Assembly (NCBI GenBank): GCA_963727625.1
Contig: CAVSHR010000005.1
Span: 288,001-352,000, forward strand
Direction: 5' to 3'
Length of the DNA stretch: 64,000 nucleotides
DNA from: an uncultured delta proteobacterium
GTDB taxonomy: Bacteria; Desulfobacterota; Binatia; UBA9968
Shown: positions 50,260 to 60,442 of the stretch, in pieces
Layout of the letters: every line of letters begins with the position of its first letter
How positions within the stretch are numbered: position 1 is the first letter of the stretch
Program-made: the position numbers and the translations under genes
The notes under the pieces: model-generated
Told to the model about the DNA's origin: nothing
What the model saw: the letters and a program-made list of their open reading frames with translations, nothing else
Database searches by the model: none

Positions 50260-51071
50260 CGAACCGACTCCATGCCCTCGGCCAACGCGTAGGTGCGCCT
50301 GCGCAGTTCATCGATTAATTGCTGATCGGAATTCAACGCGGCTAATTCTCCAGGCTCGATCATTTCGCCGATCACGACTTGGAATTTGCCGCCAGCCATT
50401 TTGTTGAACTCAGGCACGATGAGGAAATTCTGCAAGTCGCCGTAAATCAGTCCGACGAGTTGAAAAAACAGCCCGTTGGCACCGGGAAAATAAACCGGCA
50501 GCACCGGCGCGCCGATGTGCGGACTCCAGGCGACATCGGTAACGCGACGCTCGCGCAAGCTGAATCGCGAGGCTCGACCGGGGGGAAAAACCGCGAACAC
50601 CCTTCCCTGTCGGAGCCATTTGAAAACACCATGCCAAGCCGAGAGATTGATGCGCCGCTTGCCCCGCTTCTTGATTGGATCGACGATGAACTGAAATTGG
50701 CTCAGGCCGGGCAATCTCGCCAGTTTGTAGGCGGCCAAGCACTTGTAATCACGCCGCACCGAACAAACGACCGCGTTCAAGATGAATCCTTCGATGACAC
50801 CGAATGGATGATTGGCGACGATGATGACTGGGCCCGTGGGTGAAACACGCGCCAATCCGCCGTCGTTGATCTCCACGCAAGCGCCGATGTGGCCGAGAAA
50901 ATGCTCAGCGAGGTTATCCGGAATCCCGTTGGCGATTACCGGCGCGTACGTGGCGTTAAATTGGCTGAAGCCAGCCAACCGGTTAAGCCAACGGCGTAGC
51001 GCTTTGATCAACGGTTGCGGCAGCCTGCGGCTAGAAATCCCCACGCTCAGGTATTCCGGGAAATGGTCCAT
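50217..51071 (-). CDS. lysophospholipid/glycerol acyltransferase family protein (PlsC superfamily)
   Basis: GPVIIVANHPFG-x-x-EG, VFP-x-G and PVLPVYF-x-G-x-N motifs; convergent overlap with the P450 3' end. Confidence 0.8.
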   Translation of the reverse strand: MDHFPEYLSVGISSRRLPQPLIKALRRWLNRLAGFSQFNATYAPVIANGIPDNLAEHFLGHIGACVEINDGGLARVSPTGPVIIVANHPFGVIEGFILNAVVCSVRRDYKCLAAYKLARLPGLSQFQFIVDPIKKRGKRRINLSAWHGVFKWLRQGRVFAVFPPGRASRFSLRERRVTDVAWSPHIGAPVLPVYFPGANGLFFQLVGLIYGDLQNFLIVPEFNKMAGGKFQVVIGEMIEPGELAALNSDQQLIDELRRRTYALAEGMESVRYVPFGGAGKSTIS

Positions 51072-51167
51072 TTGAGATTCGACCAATGACAGGGAATGGC
51101 TAGAGCAAATCGCGGCGCGGTTTCCTGCCACGATCCTCAATCGAGCTGAATTTGCACGGAAGCCCAC

Positions 51168-51692
51168 TCAGCCGATCTTGATCAGGTCGCTTTCAGTTAC
51201 CTGCCGAAACGAGAAACGATAACCTTCGTACACGGCGATGGCGTAAAAAACTAAATCCATCGGATTGAAGCTCGCGCGCATCAGATTCGCGATAATCTCG
51301 CTGTCTAGTTTTTTGAGGATCTCGAAAAAGGGAACATGGTGCTGGCTGGAGATCAACCCAATCACCGTGAATAGATTGCCGGCGGCGCAGCCCGTGAGCG
51401 ACCACGCGGCGCCGATGATGCCGAAGCTCCGATCGAGCCCTTTACCGAAGGTCTTAACCGCATATCCGACCAGATAACCGACACCCACCGCCATGAAACC
51501 GATTTGGTACCCAGTCGCGCGAGTGACCACCGTCCACGCTGCTGCGCCCAAAAGCGCGGCCGCACCTCCAGCGAGCACGGCCAGGGCCAGATTTTGCTCG
51601 GATTTAAGCCTTTGCAGCGCGGCTTGGAGGATCAGCGGATCAACGTTCCTTTGCGTCGGCATGCTCTGCTGCGTTTGCGATTCATCGGCCAT
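51168..51692 (-). CDS. hypothetical membrane protein
   Basis: RBS GGAGG; about four Gly/Ala-rich transmembrane segments. Confidence 0.75.
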   Translation of the reverse strand: MADESQTQQSMPTQRNVDPLILQAALQRLKSEQNLALAVLAGGAAALLGAAAWTVVTRATGYQIGFMAVGVGYLVGYAVKTFGKGLDRSFGIIGAAWSLTGCAAGNLFTVIGLISSQHHVPFFEILKKLDSEIIANLMRASFNPMDLVFYAIAVYEGYRFSFRQVTESDLIKIG

Positions 51693-51904
51693 AGCCGACC
51701 TCCTTCATTCAAAAACCGGTCGATTTCAAGAACCTCTTCGCTCGACCATGGGCGACGCCACCGCGAGATCCATAAATCTCGGCGCCATTTCCAGCCTATC
51801 TACCACATCGGCTCAATGAAAGTTCAAACCACGCTACCGGAGGAACATTGACCCGAGCACCACCCTGCACTAAAAACTCAGCAATCCTAGCGCGCAAAAA
51901 AACC

Positions 51905-52225
51905 TCAGAACCGTGACGGCGCTTCGGCATAGCGCAGCACCTTACCGCCCTTGGGTGCCCGCGTCGGCCCGTAGGGCGAGTTTTTCTCTATGTAGATGCA
52001 CTCGCCAGCGCCGTAGGTTACGCCGCCGATTTCGATCTCCCCTTCGAGAACATAAAACATTTCGTGATACGGATGGCTGTGAACCGGAATATCGGTCTCC
52101 GGTCCCCAGTGACGAATCATGATCTCCGGACCCGTTTCGCCTTTGCTGACGTGCAGCCATTTCGTATGTCCTCGGCCGCTCTTGGCCAGCTCCACGTTCT
52201 TTTCGTTAACAGAATAAATCGCCAT
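51905..52225 (-). CDS. cupin domain protein
   Basis: HSHPYHE-x-FYVLEG cupin motif 1. Confidence 0.85.
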   Translation of the reverse strand: MAIYSVNEKNVELAKSGRGHTKWLHVSKGETGPEIMIRHWGPETDIPVHSHPYHEMFYVLEGEIEIGGVTYGAGECIYIEKNSPYGPTRAPKGGKVLRYAEAPSRF

Positions 52226-52358
52226 GGCATGCTCCCGAAATCTAGAGTGCGACCGTCGCCGCCAGCCCCTGGTTCTCACGATCGCCGCCATGATGTCAAC
52301 GGTGGCGTCCGCGGCGCGAATTGAAGCGCCTAAAGTTTAATGATAGACGAAAAAAACT

Positions 52359-54428
52359 ATGTCCAAGTATCGTGTGACCGTAGACACCGGTGGGACCTTT
52401 TCCGATTTTGTCTTTTTTAACGAAGACACCGGCGAAATAGCCATCACCAAGGTTCCATCGACGCCGAAAGAACCTTTTCAAGCCGTGCTGAACGGCGTTA
52501 AAGAACTGCTCGATCAAGGCGTGCCGGCCGGCGACGTTTCGTTTTTCTGCCACGGCACGACAGTCGGCACCAACGCGCTCCTCGAAGAAAAAGGCGCCAA
52601 GACCGGCCTGCTGGTCACGCAGGGCTTCCGCGGCATTTATGAAGTCATGGAGCAGACCCGCGGCTACGGCCCGGCTACCTACGATCTCTTCTTCGAAAAG
52701 CCGCGGCTGCTCGCGCCCCCTTACTACACCGAAGAGATCCCCGAGCGGGTCGACTTCAAAGGGAATGCGTTAAAACCCATTGACGTGGAAACATCGCGCG
52801 AAGCTGTCGGGAGACTCAAGCAAAAAGGAGTCGAGTCGGTAGCGGTGTGCTTTCTCTTTTCCTTTTTGAATCCCGCCCACGAGCTCAAGATCAAAGAAAT
52901 CTTCGCCGAAGAGTTTCCCGAAGCGCGGCTGTCGCTGTCCTATGAAGTCCTGCCACAAATCCGCGAGTTTTATCGGCTCAGCACCACCGTGATCAATGCC
53001 TACATTCAGCCGGTCATGGCGAGTTATCTGGACCGGCTCGAAACCCGCATGCGCGAGCTGGGCATCACGACACCGAAACTTTACATCATGCAATCCAACG
53101 GCGGCGTCTCGACTTTCAGAGGCTCAGCGGAAAAACCGGTGGCCACCGTGCTCTCCGGCCCTGCCGGAGGCGTCATCGCTTCCATGGGCACCTGCGAGCG
53201 CGTCGGCATCAACAACATCATCACCTTCGATATGGGCGGCACCAGCTGCGATGTCGCCTTGATTCACCAGGGCAATCCCGTCATCACGACCCAGGGAAAG
53301 ATCAGCTTGCGCCCGATCGCCCTGCCGATGCTCGACATTCACACGGTCAGCGCCGGCGGCGGCACCATCGCGCGAATTGACGTCGTGGGCGGCTTGCAAG
53401 TCGGCCCCGACAGCGCGGGCGCCGACCCGGGCCCGGTATCCTACGATCGCGGCGGTGAGAACATCACGATCACGGACGCCAACATCGTCACCGGAGTTTT
53501 GGACCCCAATCATTTCCTCGGCGGCAGGATGAAACTCAACCGGCCCAAAGCGGAAAAGCTGCTGCAAGAGAAGATCGCCGAGCCGCTGAAGCTCGCTATG
53601 CACGAAGCCGCCGACGGGATTTTGAAAATCATCAACGTCAAGATGGAAGAAGCGATCAAGGCGGTCTCCTCGGCGCGCGGCTACGATATCCGTGACTTCA
53701 CCCTGGTCGCCTTCGGCGGCGGCGGTCCGATGCATGCCGGACGCATGGCCCTCGACCTCGGCATCCCGTCGGTTTTAATTCCGCTCACACCGGGCGTTCA
53801 CTCCGCGCTCGGTTTATTAATGTCGGACGTGAAACACGACTACGTGCGCTCGAAGCTGGTCGGGCTCGACGACCTTGATCTCGGCGAGATCAACCAGATG
53901 TTTCAGCAACTGATCGATCAGGCCAAAAAAGACCTGCGAGGCGAAGGCTTCACCGACAATGAGATCAAGATCGAGCCCCATCTCGACCTGCGCTACGCCG
54001 GCCAGGGCTATGAATTGACTGTTCCGTGCATGATGCCGCCGCTCAACAAGGAAGATTTGAAAGTCATGCGCGGGCGCTTCGACACGCTGCACGAGCAAAA
54101 CTCGGGGCATAAGGCCGAGACCGAGCCGGTGGAACTCGTCAGCCTGCGCCTGATTTCACTCGGCCTGGTGCCGCAGGCGAAACTCTCGCCGGGCAAAGTC
54201 ACCGGGCGCAAAGTTGAAGCGGCAAAAACCGGTGAACGCAAGGTTTATTTTGGCAAAGAGCACGGCACGCTCACGACACAGATTTACAATCGCGACAGGT
54301 TCGAGCCGGGCCATACCATCAGCGGCCCGGCCATCGTCGAGCAGTTGGACACCACCACGGTGATCCACCCCGAGCAGGAAGCGACCGTGGACGAGTATCG
54401 CAATATCATCATAAAGGAGAAGGCATGA
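52359..54428 (+). CDS. hydantoinase/oxoprolinase subunit A (ATP-binding)
   Basis: DTGGTFSD, HGTTV-x-TN, SGPAGG, DMGGTS, SAGADPGP and LRY-x-GQ motifs. Confidence 0.95.
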   Translation: MSKYRVTVDTGGTFSDFVFFNEDTGEIAITKVPSTPKEPFQAVLNGVKELLDQGVPAGDVSFFCHGTTVGTNALLEEKGAKTGLLVTQGFRGIYEVMEQTRGYGPATYDLFFEKPRLLAPPYYTEEIPERVDFKGNALKPIDVETSREAVGRLKQKGVESVAVCFLFSFLNPAHELKIKEIFAEEFPEARLSLSYEVLPQIREFYRLSTTVINAYIQPVMASYLDRLETRMRELGITTPKLYIMQSNGGVSTFRGSAEKPVATVLSGPAGGVIASMGTCERVGINNIITFDMGGTSCDVALIHQGNPVITTQGKISLRPIALPMLDIHTVSAGGGTIARIDVVGGLQVGPDSAGADPGPVSYDRGGENITITDANIVTGVLDPNHFLGGRMKLNRPKAEKLLQEKIAEPLKLAMHEAADGILKIINVKMEEAIKAVSSARGYDIRDFTLVAFGGGGPMHAGRMALDLGIPSVLIPLTPGVHSALGLLMSDVKHDYVRSKLVGLDDLDLGEINQMFQQLIDQAKKDLRGEGFTDNEIKIEPHLDLRYAGQGYELTVPCMMPPLNKEDLKVMRGRFDTLHEQNSGHKAETEPVELVSLRLISLGLVPQAKLSPGKVTGRKVEAAKTGERKVYFGKEHGTLTTQIYNRDRFEPGHTISGPAIVEQLDTTTVIHPEQEATVDEYRNIIIKEKA

Positions 54429-54536
54429 GACGACTAAGACAGGCGGGAGGCGGGAGGCATGAGGTACAAGGGAAGGCAACTTCCCGCGTTCTTTGCTACT
54501 CACGCCTCGTGCCTTCCGCCTCACGCCTCCAACGCT

Positions 54537-56285
54537 ATGACCGTTGATCCCGTAACCTTACAAGTTATCCAGGCCCGTCTCGCCGGCATCGTCCAGGAGA
54601 TGCAGAACTCGCTGTTCCGCACCGGATACTCGACGATCATCCGCGAGTCTCAGGACGCCAGCTGCGCGATCTTGAACCGCCAGGGCGAAGTGGTCGCCCA
54701 GCATGTCGTGTTGCCGCTGCACATGGGCGCATTCCCGGCCTGCGCCGCGGGCATTCTCAAAAACTACACGCCGGAAGAAGTGCACGAGGGCGACGCCTTC
54801 ATCACCAATCACCCTTACCTCGGCGGCAGCCCGCACGCGCCGGATATGGCGGTGCTCTCGCCGATTTTTTATCAAGGGGAGTGGGTGGGCTTTGCAGCTA
54901 ATTTGGCGCACAAAAGCGACATCGGCGGTCCGGTGCCGGGCAGCTGCTGGAGCCAGGCACGGGAAATCTATCAAGAAGGACTGCATGTGCCGCCGATCAA
55001 ATATGTGCAGGCTTACAAAACCAGCAAAGACATCGAAGCCTTGCTCGGTTGCAACAGCCGCACGCCGGAATTGGTCGTTGGCGACCTGCGCGGCCAGGTC
55101 GGCGCGGCGCGTCTCGGTGAAAAACGTTTTCAGGAGATGATGGAGCGTTACGGCAAGGAGACTATTCTCGACTCCTTCGAGCAACTCTTTGCCCTGACCG
55201 AAGCTAAGGTCCGCGCGGAAATCGCTTCATGGCCCGACGGTGTCGGCGAGGGCGAACGGTTCGTCGATAGCGACGGCATCGAGCTCGACAAGCCCGTGCG
55301 GTTGCATGCGCGCATCGAGAAAAAAGGCGACCACCTTCTCTTCGACTTCACCGGCTCGGCGGACCAGACCAAGGGCCCGGCCAATATCCGTCCGACTATC
55401 GTGCGCGCCGCTTGCTGTTACCTGCTCACCTGCCTGGTCGACCCGGCCCTCGCCATCAACTATGGCCTAGCCAGGTGTATCAATATCAAAGTGCGCGAAG
55501 GCAGTGTGGTCAATCCGCGTTTCCCGGCGCCGGTGAATACTTACAATCCCACCGTCCACGCGCTGGTGGAATCGCTGCTCGAAGCATCGAGCCAGATCAC
55601 GCCACACAAAAAAGTCGGCGACGGTTGCAGCAGCCGCTCGATCATCATCGGCGGGCGCAGCAACAAGACCGGCAAGGGCTACGTGCAATACGAAATTTTC
55701 GGCGGCGGTTCCGGCGGTCGGAGCGGCAAAGACGGCGTGTCGGGAACCAATGTGAATCAGTCCAACGCCAAGATCGCGCCCATCGAGATCATCGAGGCGG
55801 AGTTTTCCACCCGTGTCCGGCGCTTTGAACTAATCCCTGATTCCGGCGGTCCGGGCGAGTTCCGCGGCGGTTTGGGCTTCGTGCGGGAATACGAAGTGCT
55901 GGATAACGACGCGCGCTTTTCACTGCGCTCGACCAAGCATACGGTGGCGCCCAAAGGCATTGACGGCGGCATGGACGGCAAGACCGGCCTGTGCACGCTC
56001 AATCCCGGCACATCCGACGAGCGGGTGATCCCGTCGCGCTACTCCGACCACGTGCTTCACCCGGGCGAAGTGTTCAGTCTCGAAACTCCCGGCGGCGGCG
56101 GCCTCGGCGACCCGCGCCACCGCGATCCACTCAAAGTATTGAATGACGTGCGCAACGGCTACGTGACACCGAAGAAAGCGCGCGAGATTTTCGGTGTCGC
56201 CATCGATGGCGTCAACAGCGACTTTGTGCTCAATGAAGCGCAGACCCGCGCGCTGCGACAAGAGGCAACAGCCATTAGGCAATAG
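54537..56285 (+). CDS. hydantoinase B/oxoprolinase subunit (copy 1)
   Basis: S-x-IIRE-x-x-D, NHPY-x-GG-x-HAPD, HKSDIGG, YQEG and TPGGGG-x-GDP motifs. Confidence 0.95.
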   Translation: MTVDPVTLQVIQARLAGIVQEMQNSLFRTGYSTIIRESQDASCAILNRQGEVVAQHVVLPLHMGAFPACAAGILKNYTPEEVHEGDAFITNHPYLGGSPHAPDMAVLSPIFYQGEWVGFAANLAHKSDIGGPVPGSCWSQAREIYQEGLHVPPIKYVQAYKTSKDIEALLGCNSRTPELVVGDLRGQVGAARLGEKRFQEMMERYGKETILDSFEQLFALTEAKVRAEIASWPDGVGEGERFVDSDGIELDKPVRLHARIEKKGDHLLFDFTGSADQTKGPANIRPTIVRAACCYLLTCLVDPALAINYGLARCINIKVREGSVVNPRFPAPVNTYNPTVHALVESLLEASSQITPHKKVGDGCSSRSIIIGGRSNKTGKGYVQYEIFGGGSGGRSGKDGVSGTNVNQSNAKIAPIEIIEAEFSTRVRRFELIPDSGGPGEFRGGLGFVREYEVLDNDARFSLRSTKHTVAPKGIDGGMDGKTGLCTLNPGTSDERVIPSRYSDHVLHPGEVFSLETPGGGGLGDPRHRDPLKVLNDVRNGYVTPKKAREIFGVAIDGVNSDFVLNEAQTRALRQEATAIRQ

Positions 56286-56359
56286 GCAACAGAAAATACC
56301 CAGCGCCGGTTCTCTTTATTTTCACTAATGCCTATTGCCTGATGCCTATTCCCTAACCC

Positions 56360-58093
56360 ATGTCCGTCGATCCCATCACCCTCCAAGTTATCCAAGCGCG
56401 CCTGGCCGGCATCGTCCAGGAAATGCAAAACTCGCTGTTTCGCACCGGCTACTCGACGATTATTCGCGAGTCTCAGGATGCCAGTTGCGCGCTATTGAAC
56501 ACCAAGGGGGAAGTGGTGGCGCAGCATGTCGTGCTGCCGCTGCACATGGGCGCCTTCCCGGCCTGCGCCGAAGCAATTCTCAAGGCCTTTCCGCCCAGCC
56601 AAATTTGCCAGGGCGACGCTTTTATTATCAACCACCCCTACCTCGGCGGCAGCCCCCACGCGCCGGATATGGGCGTGCTCACGCCGATCTTCCATCGCGG
56701 CGATTGGGTCGGTTTCGCCGCCGACATGGCGCACAAGAGCGATATTGGCGGTACCGTGCCCGGCAGCGGCTCGGGCAACGCGCGGGAGATTTATCAAGAA
56801 GGCCTGCACCTGCCGCCGGTCAAATACATGTCACGGCTAAAGCCTGTCAAAGAAATCGAAGCGCTGATCGCCGCCAACAGCCGGACCTCCGCGCTGGTCA
56901 TCGGTGACCTGCGCGGCCAAGTGGGCGCCGCCCGTGTTGGCGAGCGGCGCATGGCTGAGCTGATGGAGCGCTACGGCAAGACCACCGTGCTCGACTGCAC
57001 CGAACTCTTGTCGGACTACACCGAAAACCGCGTGCGCCAGGCCATCTCCTGCTGGCCCGACGGCGAATCCGAGGGCGAGACTTTCGTCGACCACGACGGC
57101 ATCGATCTCACCCAACCGATTCACGTTCATGTCAAAGTGATCAAACGCGGCGACCGTATCCATTTTGACTTTAACGCCAGCAGCGACCAAACCCAGGGAC
57201 CGGCGAATATCCGCCCGCCGCTGGTGCGCGCAGCCTGTGTCTACTGTCTGGTTGCGCTGGTGGACCGGTTTCTACCGATCAATCAGGGCTTGGCCCGCGT
57301 CATCGACGCCAGCTTTCGCCAGGGCAGCGTCGTCGACCCCCGCTTCCCGGCCGCGGTGAATACTTACATGCCGACGGCGCTCGCCGTCGCGGAAGCGGTT
57401 TTAAGAGCGCTGGCGCCCTTCGTGCCGGACAAGCGAATCGCTGGCGGCTCAGGCAGCGCGGCATTGGTGCTGGGTGGCCGCGACAACCAAAATGACCGCG
57501 CCTTCGTGCACTATGAAATTTTCAGCGGCGGTACCGGCGCCCGTTCAGGCAAAGACGGCGTCTCGGCCACCGCATTTCATTTGAGCAATTGTAAAACCGC
57601 ACCCATCGAAATCATCGAGTCAGAGTTTCCAACTCGGGTCGAACGTTTTGAAATGATTGCGGATTCCGGCGGCGCGGGCGAGTGGCGTGGCGGCCTCGGT
57701 TTCGTCCGAGACTATCGCATTCTTGGCGACGACGTGCGCTTTTCCATGCGCACCGACAAGCATGCCGTCGAACCCTTCGGCACCGACCAAGGCCTTCCGG
57801 GACGCACCGGTGCCTGCTTGGTGAATCCCGCTGCCGGCGCAGAAAAGCGTCTTCCCTCGCGTTTCGGCGATCACCGGCTGCAACGAAGCGATATCGTCAG
57901 AGTCGAACGTCCCGGCGGCGGCGGCCTTGGCAACCCGCGCCGACGGCCCACCGAAAAAGTGGTCGAAGACGTGCGCCAGGGGTACGTTTCCACCGAGCGG
58001 GCTGAATCCGATTATGGCGTAAAGCTTCGGCTCGCCGACGGCAAACCCGTCGTGGACGAGGCCGCCACTGTCATTTTGAGAGGAAAAAATTAA
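56360..58093 (+). CDS. hydantoinase B/oxoprolinase subunit (copy 2)
   Basis: Same motif set; N-terminal about 65 aa nearly identical to copy 1. Confidence 0.95.
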   Translation: MSVDPITLQVIQARLAGIVQEMQNSLFRTGYSTIIRESQDASCALLNTKGEVVAQHVVLPLHMGAFPACAEAILKAFPPSQICQGDAFIINHPYLGGSPHAPDMGVLTPIFHRGDWVGFAADMAHKSDIGGTVPGSGSGNAREIYQEGLHLPPVKYMSRLKPVKEIEALIAANSRTSALVIGDLRGQVGAARVGERRMAELMERYGKTTVLDCTELLSDYTENRVRQAISCWPDGESEGETFVDHDGIDLTQPIHVHVKVIKRGDRIHFDFNASSDQTQGPANIRPPLVRAACVYCLVALVDRFLPINQGLARVIDASFRQGSVVDPRFPAAVNTYMPTALAVAEAVLRALAPFVPDKRIAGGSGSAALVLGGRDNQNDRAFVHYEIFSGGTGARSGKDGVSATAFHLSNCKTAPIEIIESEFPTRVERFEMIADSGGAGEWRGGLGFVRDYRILGDDVRFSMRTDKHAVEPFGTDQGLPGRTGACLVNPAAGAEKRLPSRFGDHRLQRSDIVRVERPGGGGLGNPRRRPTEKVVEDVRQGYVSTERAESDYGVKLRLADGKPVVDEAATVILRGKN

Positions 58094-58166
58094 AAAACCG
58101 TTGGCATTGACTTGTTCCCTCTGCTATACAGGTAGAAAAATTTTTCACCCCTGAAGGAGGGAAGAA

Positions 58167-58439
58167 ATGGCAGCAGCAAAAAAGAAACGCAAACCAAATG
58201 CGGCTTTCATGAAACCGGTTCAACCGGACGCCGCTCTCAGCGCCGTGGTCGGCAACAAACCGATCCCGCGCACGGAACTGACCAAGAAACTGTGGGGCTA
58301 CATTAAAAAGAATGGGCTCCAGGACAAAAAGAAGAAGACCAACATCAACGCCGACGACAAGCTCAAGGCGGTATTCGGCGGCAAAAAGACCGTGACCATG
58401 TTCGAGATGACCAAACTGGTCAGCAAGCATGTGAAGTAA
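58167..58439 (+). CDS. stand-alone SWIB/MDM2 domain protein
   Basis: RBS GGAGG; N-x-AFMKP...L-x-x-VVG...RTE-x-TKKLW-x-YIKK-x-x-LQD...INADD-x-L...MFEM-x-K. Confidence 0.95.
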   Translation: MAAAKKKRKPNAAFMKPVQPDAALSAVVGNKPIPRTELTKKLWGYIKKNGLQDKKKKTNINADDKLKAVFGGKKTVTMFEMTKLVSKHVK

Positions 58440-58467
58440 TACCCTTAACGCGAAAAAGCATTTTCAG

Positions 58468-58511
58468 GGCCAAGGGCATCGCCATAGCGGGTGCTCTTGG
58501 CCTTTGTGTTT
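58468..58511 (+). terminator. putative intrinsic terminator after the SWIB gene
   Basis: GGCCAAGGGCATC...GGTGCTCTTGGCC stem (with G-U pairs) followed by TTTGTGTTT. Confidence 0.6.
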
Positions 58512-58627
58512 CGAGCTCGAAACAATTCCTGCTCTCTTGCCGCCGTCGAAAAGGGATTCATTGCTTGTGTCGAAATTACCGCAATGTGCTAGAGCTGAGC
58601 AAAAGAGCCGACGAGGACGAAACGGCC

Positions 58628-59488
58628 ATGAGCGAATTCGCCTACAGAAATTTTCGCCAGGAAGAGATGGAGTTTCAATACAATCCGCGCGTCTCGGTGC
58701 CGGAGTATCCTGAGCTCGCGAAAATCCGGGCCGCGCAAGCGCGCAAGGTGCGCGAGACCGCCAGGTCGTGGCTGAACGTTGCCTACGGCGCTTCGCCGCG
58801 CGAAATTCTGGACATCTACGCCGCGGACAAACCCGGCGGGCCGGTGTTGGTTTACATCCACGGCGGCTACTGGCGCAGCGGCAGCAAAGAGGACAACTGC
58901 AATTTCGTGCCGACTTTCACCCGGCGCGGCGCCTCCGTCGTCCTCGTCGAATACGATCTCTGTCCCAAGGTCACCGTCAGCGACATCGTCCGGCAAACCC
59001 GCTCGGCAATCGGTTGGACTTACAAAAACATCTTGCGCTACGGCGGCGATCCATCGAAACTGTTTGTTTCGGGCCACTCCGCCGGCGGCCATTTGACCGC
59101 GATGGCGCTGGCCCATGATTGGCCCGGCGACGGGCTGCCCGCCGATATGATCAAGGGCGCGACGGCGACTTCGGGAGTTTACGATCTCGACATGGTGATG
59201 CGGATCAGCGTGCAGGAGCAAGTGCGAATGACACCCGAGCTCGCCAGGGAAAACAGCCCGCTGCTTCACCCGCCGCGGGTTCGATGCCCGCTCGTCGTCG
59301 CCGTCGGCGCCGCCGAGCCCAAGGGCTGGCAAGAGATTTCACGAGACTACTACGAGTACTGCAAAGCCACCGGCATGAGCGTCGATTATCTCGTCGAGCC
59401 CGAAGCCAATCATTACACCATGTCGGAGCATTTGCTCGACGACACGCGCCCGTTAACCCGCGCGATGATCCAACAAATGGGAATTTAA
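58628..59488 (+). CDS. alpha/beta hydrolase, arylformamidase (kynurenine formamidase)-like
   Basis: YNPR, HGGYW, GHSAGGHL, SGVYDL and NH motifs. Confidence 0.88.
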   Translation: MSEFAYRNFRQEEMEFQYNPRVSVPEYPELAKIRAAQARKVRETARSWLNVAYGASPREILDIYAADKPGGPVLVYIHGGYWRSGSKEDNCNFVPTFTRRGASVVLVEYDLCPKVTVSDIVRQTRSAIGWTYKNILRYGGDPSKLFVSGHSAGGHLTAMALAHDWPGDGLPADMIKGATATSGVYDLDMVMRISVQEQVRMTPELARENSPLLHPPRVRCPLVVAVGAAEPKGWQEISRDYYEYCKATGMSVDYLVEPEANHYTMSEHLLDDTRPLTRAMIQQMGI

Positions 59489-59601
59489 GCCGGCAACAAT
59501 TCGAGTTAGCGAACGGGAGCGCCGCTTATGAAATTCAAACAATTTGAACACTTTGAACGGCTTGAACTATTTGAACGACGCCAACGTAGAAACATCGAAA
59601 C

Positions 59602-60438
59602 ATGCCGAATGTAAAACTACCCACGGGCGCCAATCTCTACTATGAATCGCACGGCGCCGGCGAGCCGCTGGTGCTGATCCCTTCAACCGCCTTTTCCGGC
59701 GAAGTATGGAAACCCTACCAAGTTCCCGGATTGTCTAAGTCACTCAATGTTATCATTCACGACCCGCGCGGAACTGGCCGCTCGACCGCAAGCCAACAGG
59801 TTTACACGATCAACCAGATGGCCAACGACGTGGTCGCGCTGTTGGATCATCTGAAAATTCCGTCGGCTCATCTGCTCGGCCATTCCATGGGTGGGCGTAT
59901 CGCCCTGGAGATGGCGCTCAATTTTCCGGGCAGGGTCAAAAGCCTGATCATGGCGGCCAGCGGCTCCGGCCAGGCGGCGCGTCCGGGACCGGATTGTATT
60001 CCCGGTCTGCCCCACTGGCTGGTGATTCGATTGGTTGAAAAGGGTTTCGAGAAAGCGCTGCGTGAAGAATTTTGCGATACCAGCGCTTTTTTCACGAAAG
60101 AATACCGCGACAAACATCCCGACAAAATCGAGGAGTTTTTTCAGCTCGCCTGGGCCACCCACTCGAAACTGCCGGAGTATATCCATTTGATCATCGCCCG
60201 TCATAATTGGGAAGCTACCCATCGTCTCAGCGACGTGCGCTGTCCGACGCTGGTTCTGATTGGCGACAACGACTCGGCCCGGAGCAATCATTTTGCGCAG
60301 GCCGAGACTTTGAAGAACCGCATTGCCAACGCCGAGCTCAAAGTGCTCAATGGCCAGTCCCACGGCTTTTTCTGGCAAGCGCCAGAAGAAACCAATCGAG
60401 CGATACTCGATTGGATCAAGAAGCACAGCGGCAATTAA
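59602..60438 (+). CDS. alpha/beta hydrolase (copy 1)
   Basis: DPRG-x-G-x-S, GHSMGG, PTLV-x-x-G-x-x-D and SHG motifs. Confidence 0.92.
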   Translation: MPNVKLPTGANLYYESHGAGEPLVLIPSTAFSGEVWKPYQVPGLSKSLNVIIHDPRGTGRSTASQQVYTINQMANDVVALLDHLKIPSAHLLGHSMGGRIALEMALNFPGRVKSLIMAASGSGQAARPGPDCIPGLPHWLVIRLVEKGFEKALREEFCDTSAFFTKEYRDKHPDKIEEFFQLAWATHSKLPEYIHLIIARHNWEATHRLSDVRCPTLVLIGDNDSARSNHFAQAETLKNRIANAELKVLNGQSHGFFWQAPEETNRAILDWIKKHSGN

Positions 60439-60442
60439 TTTC

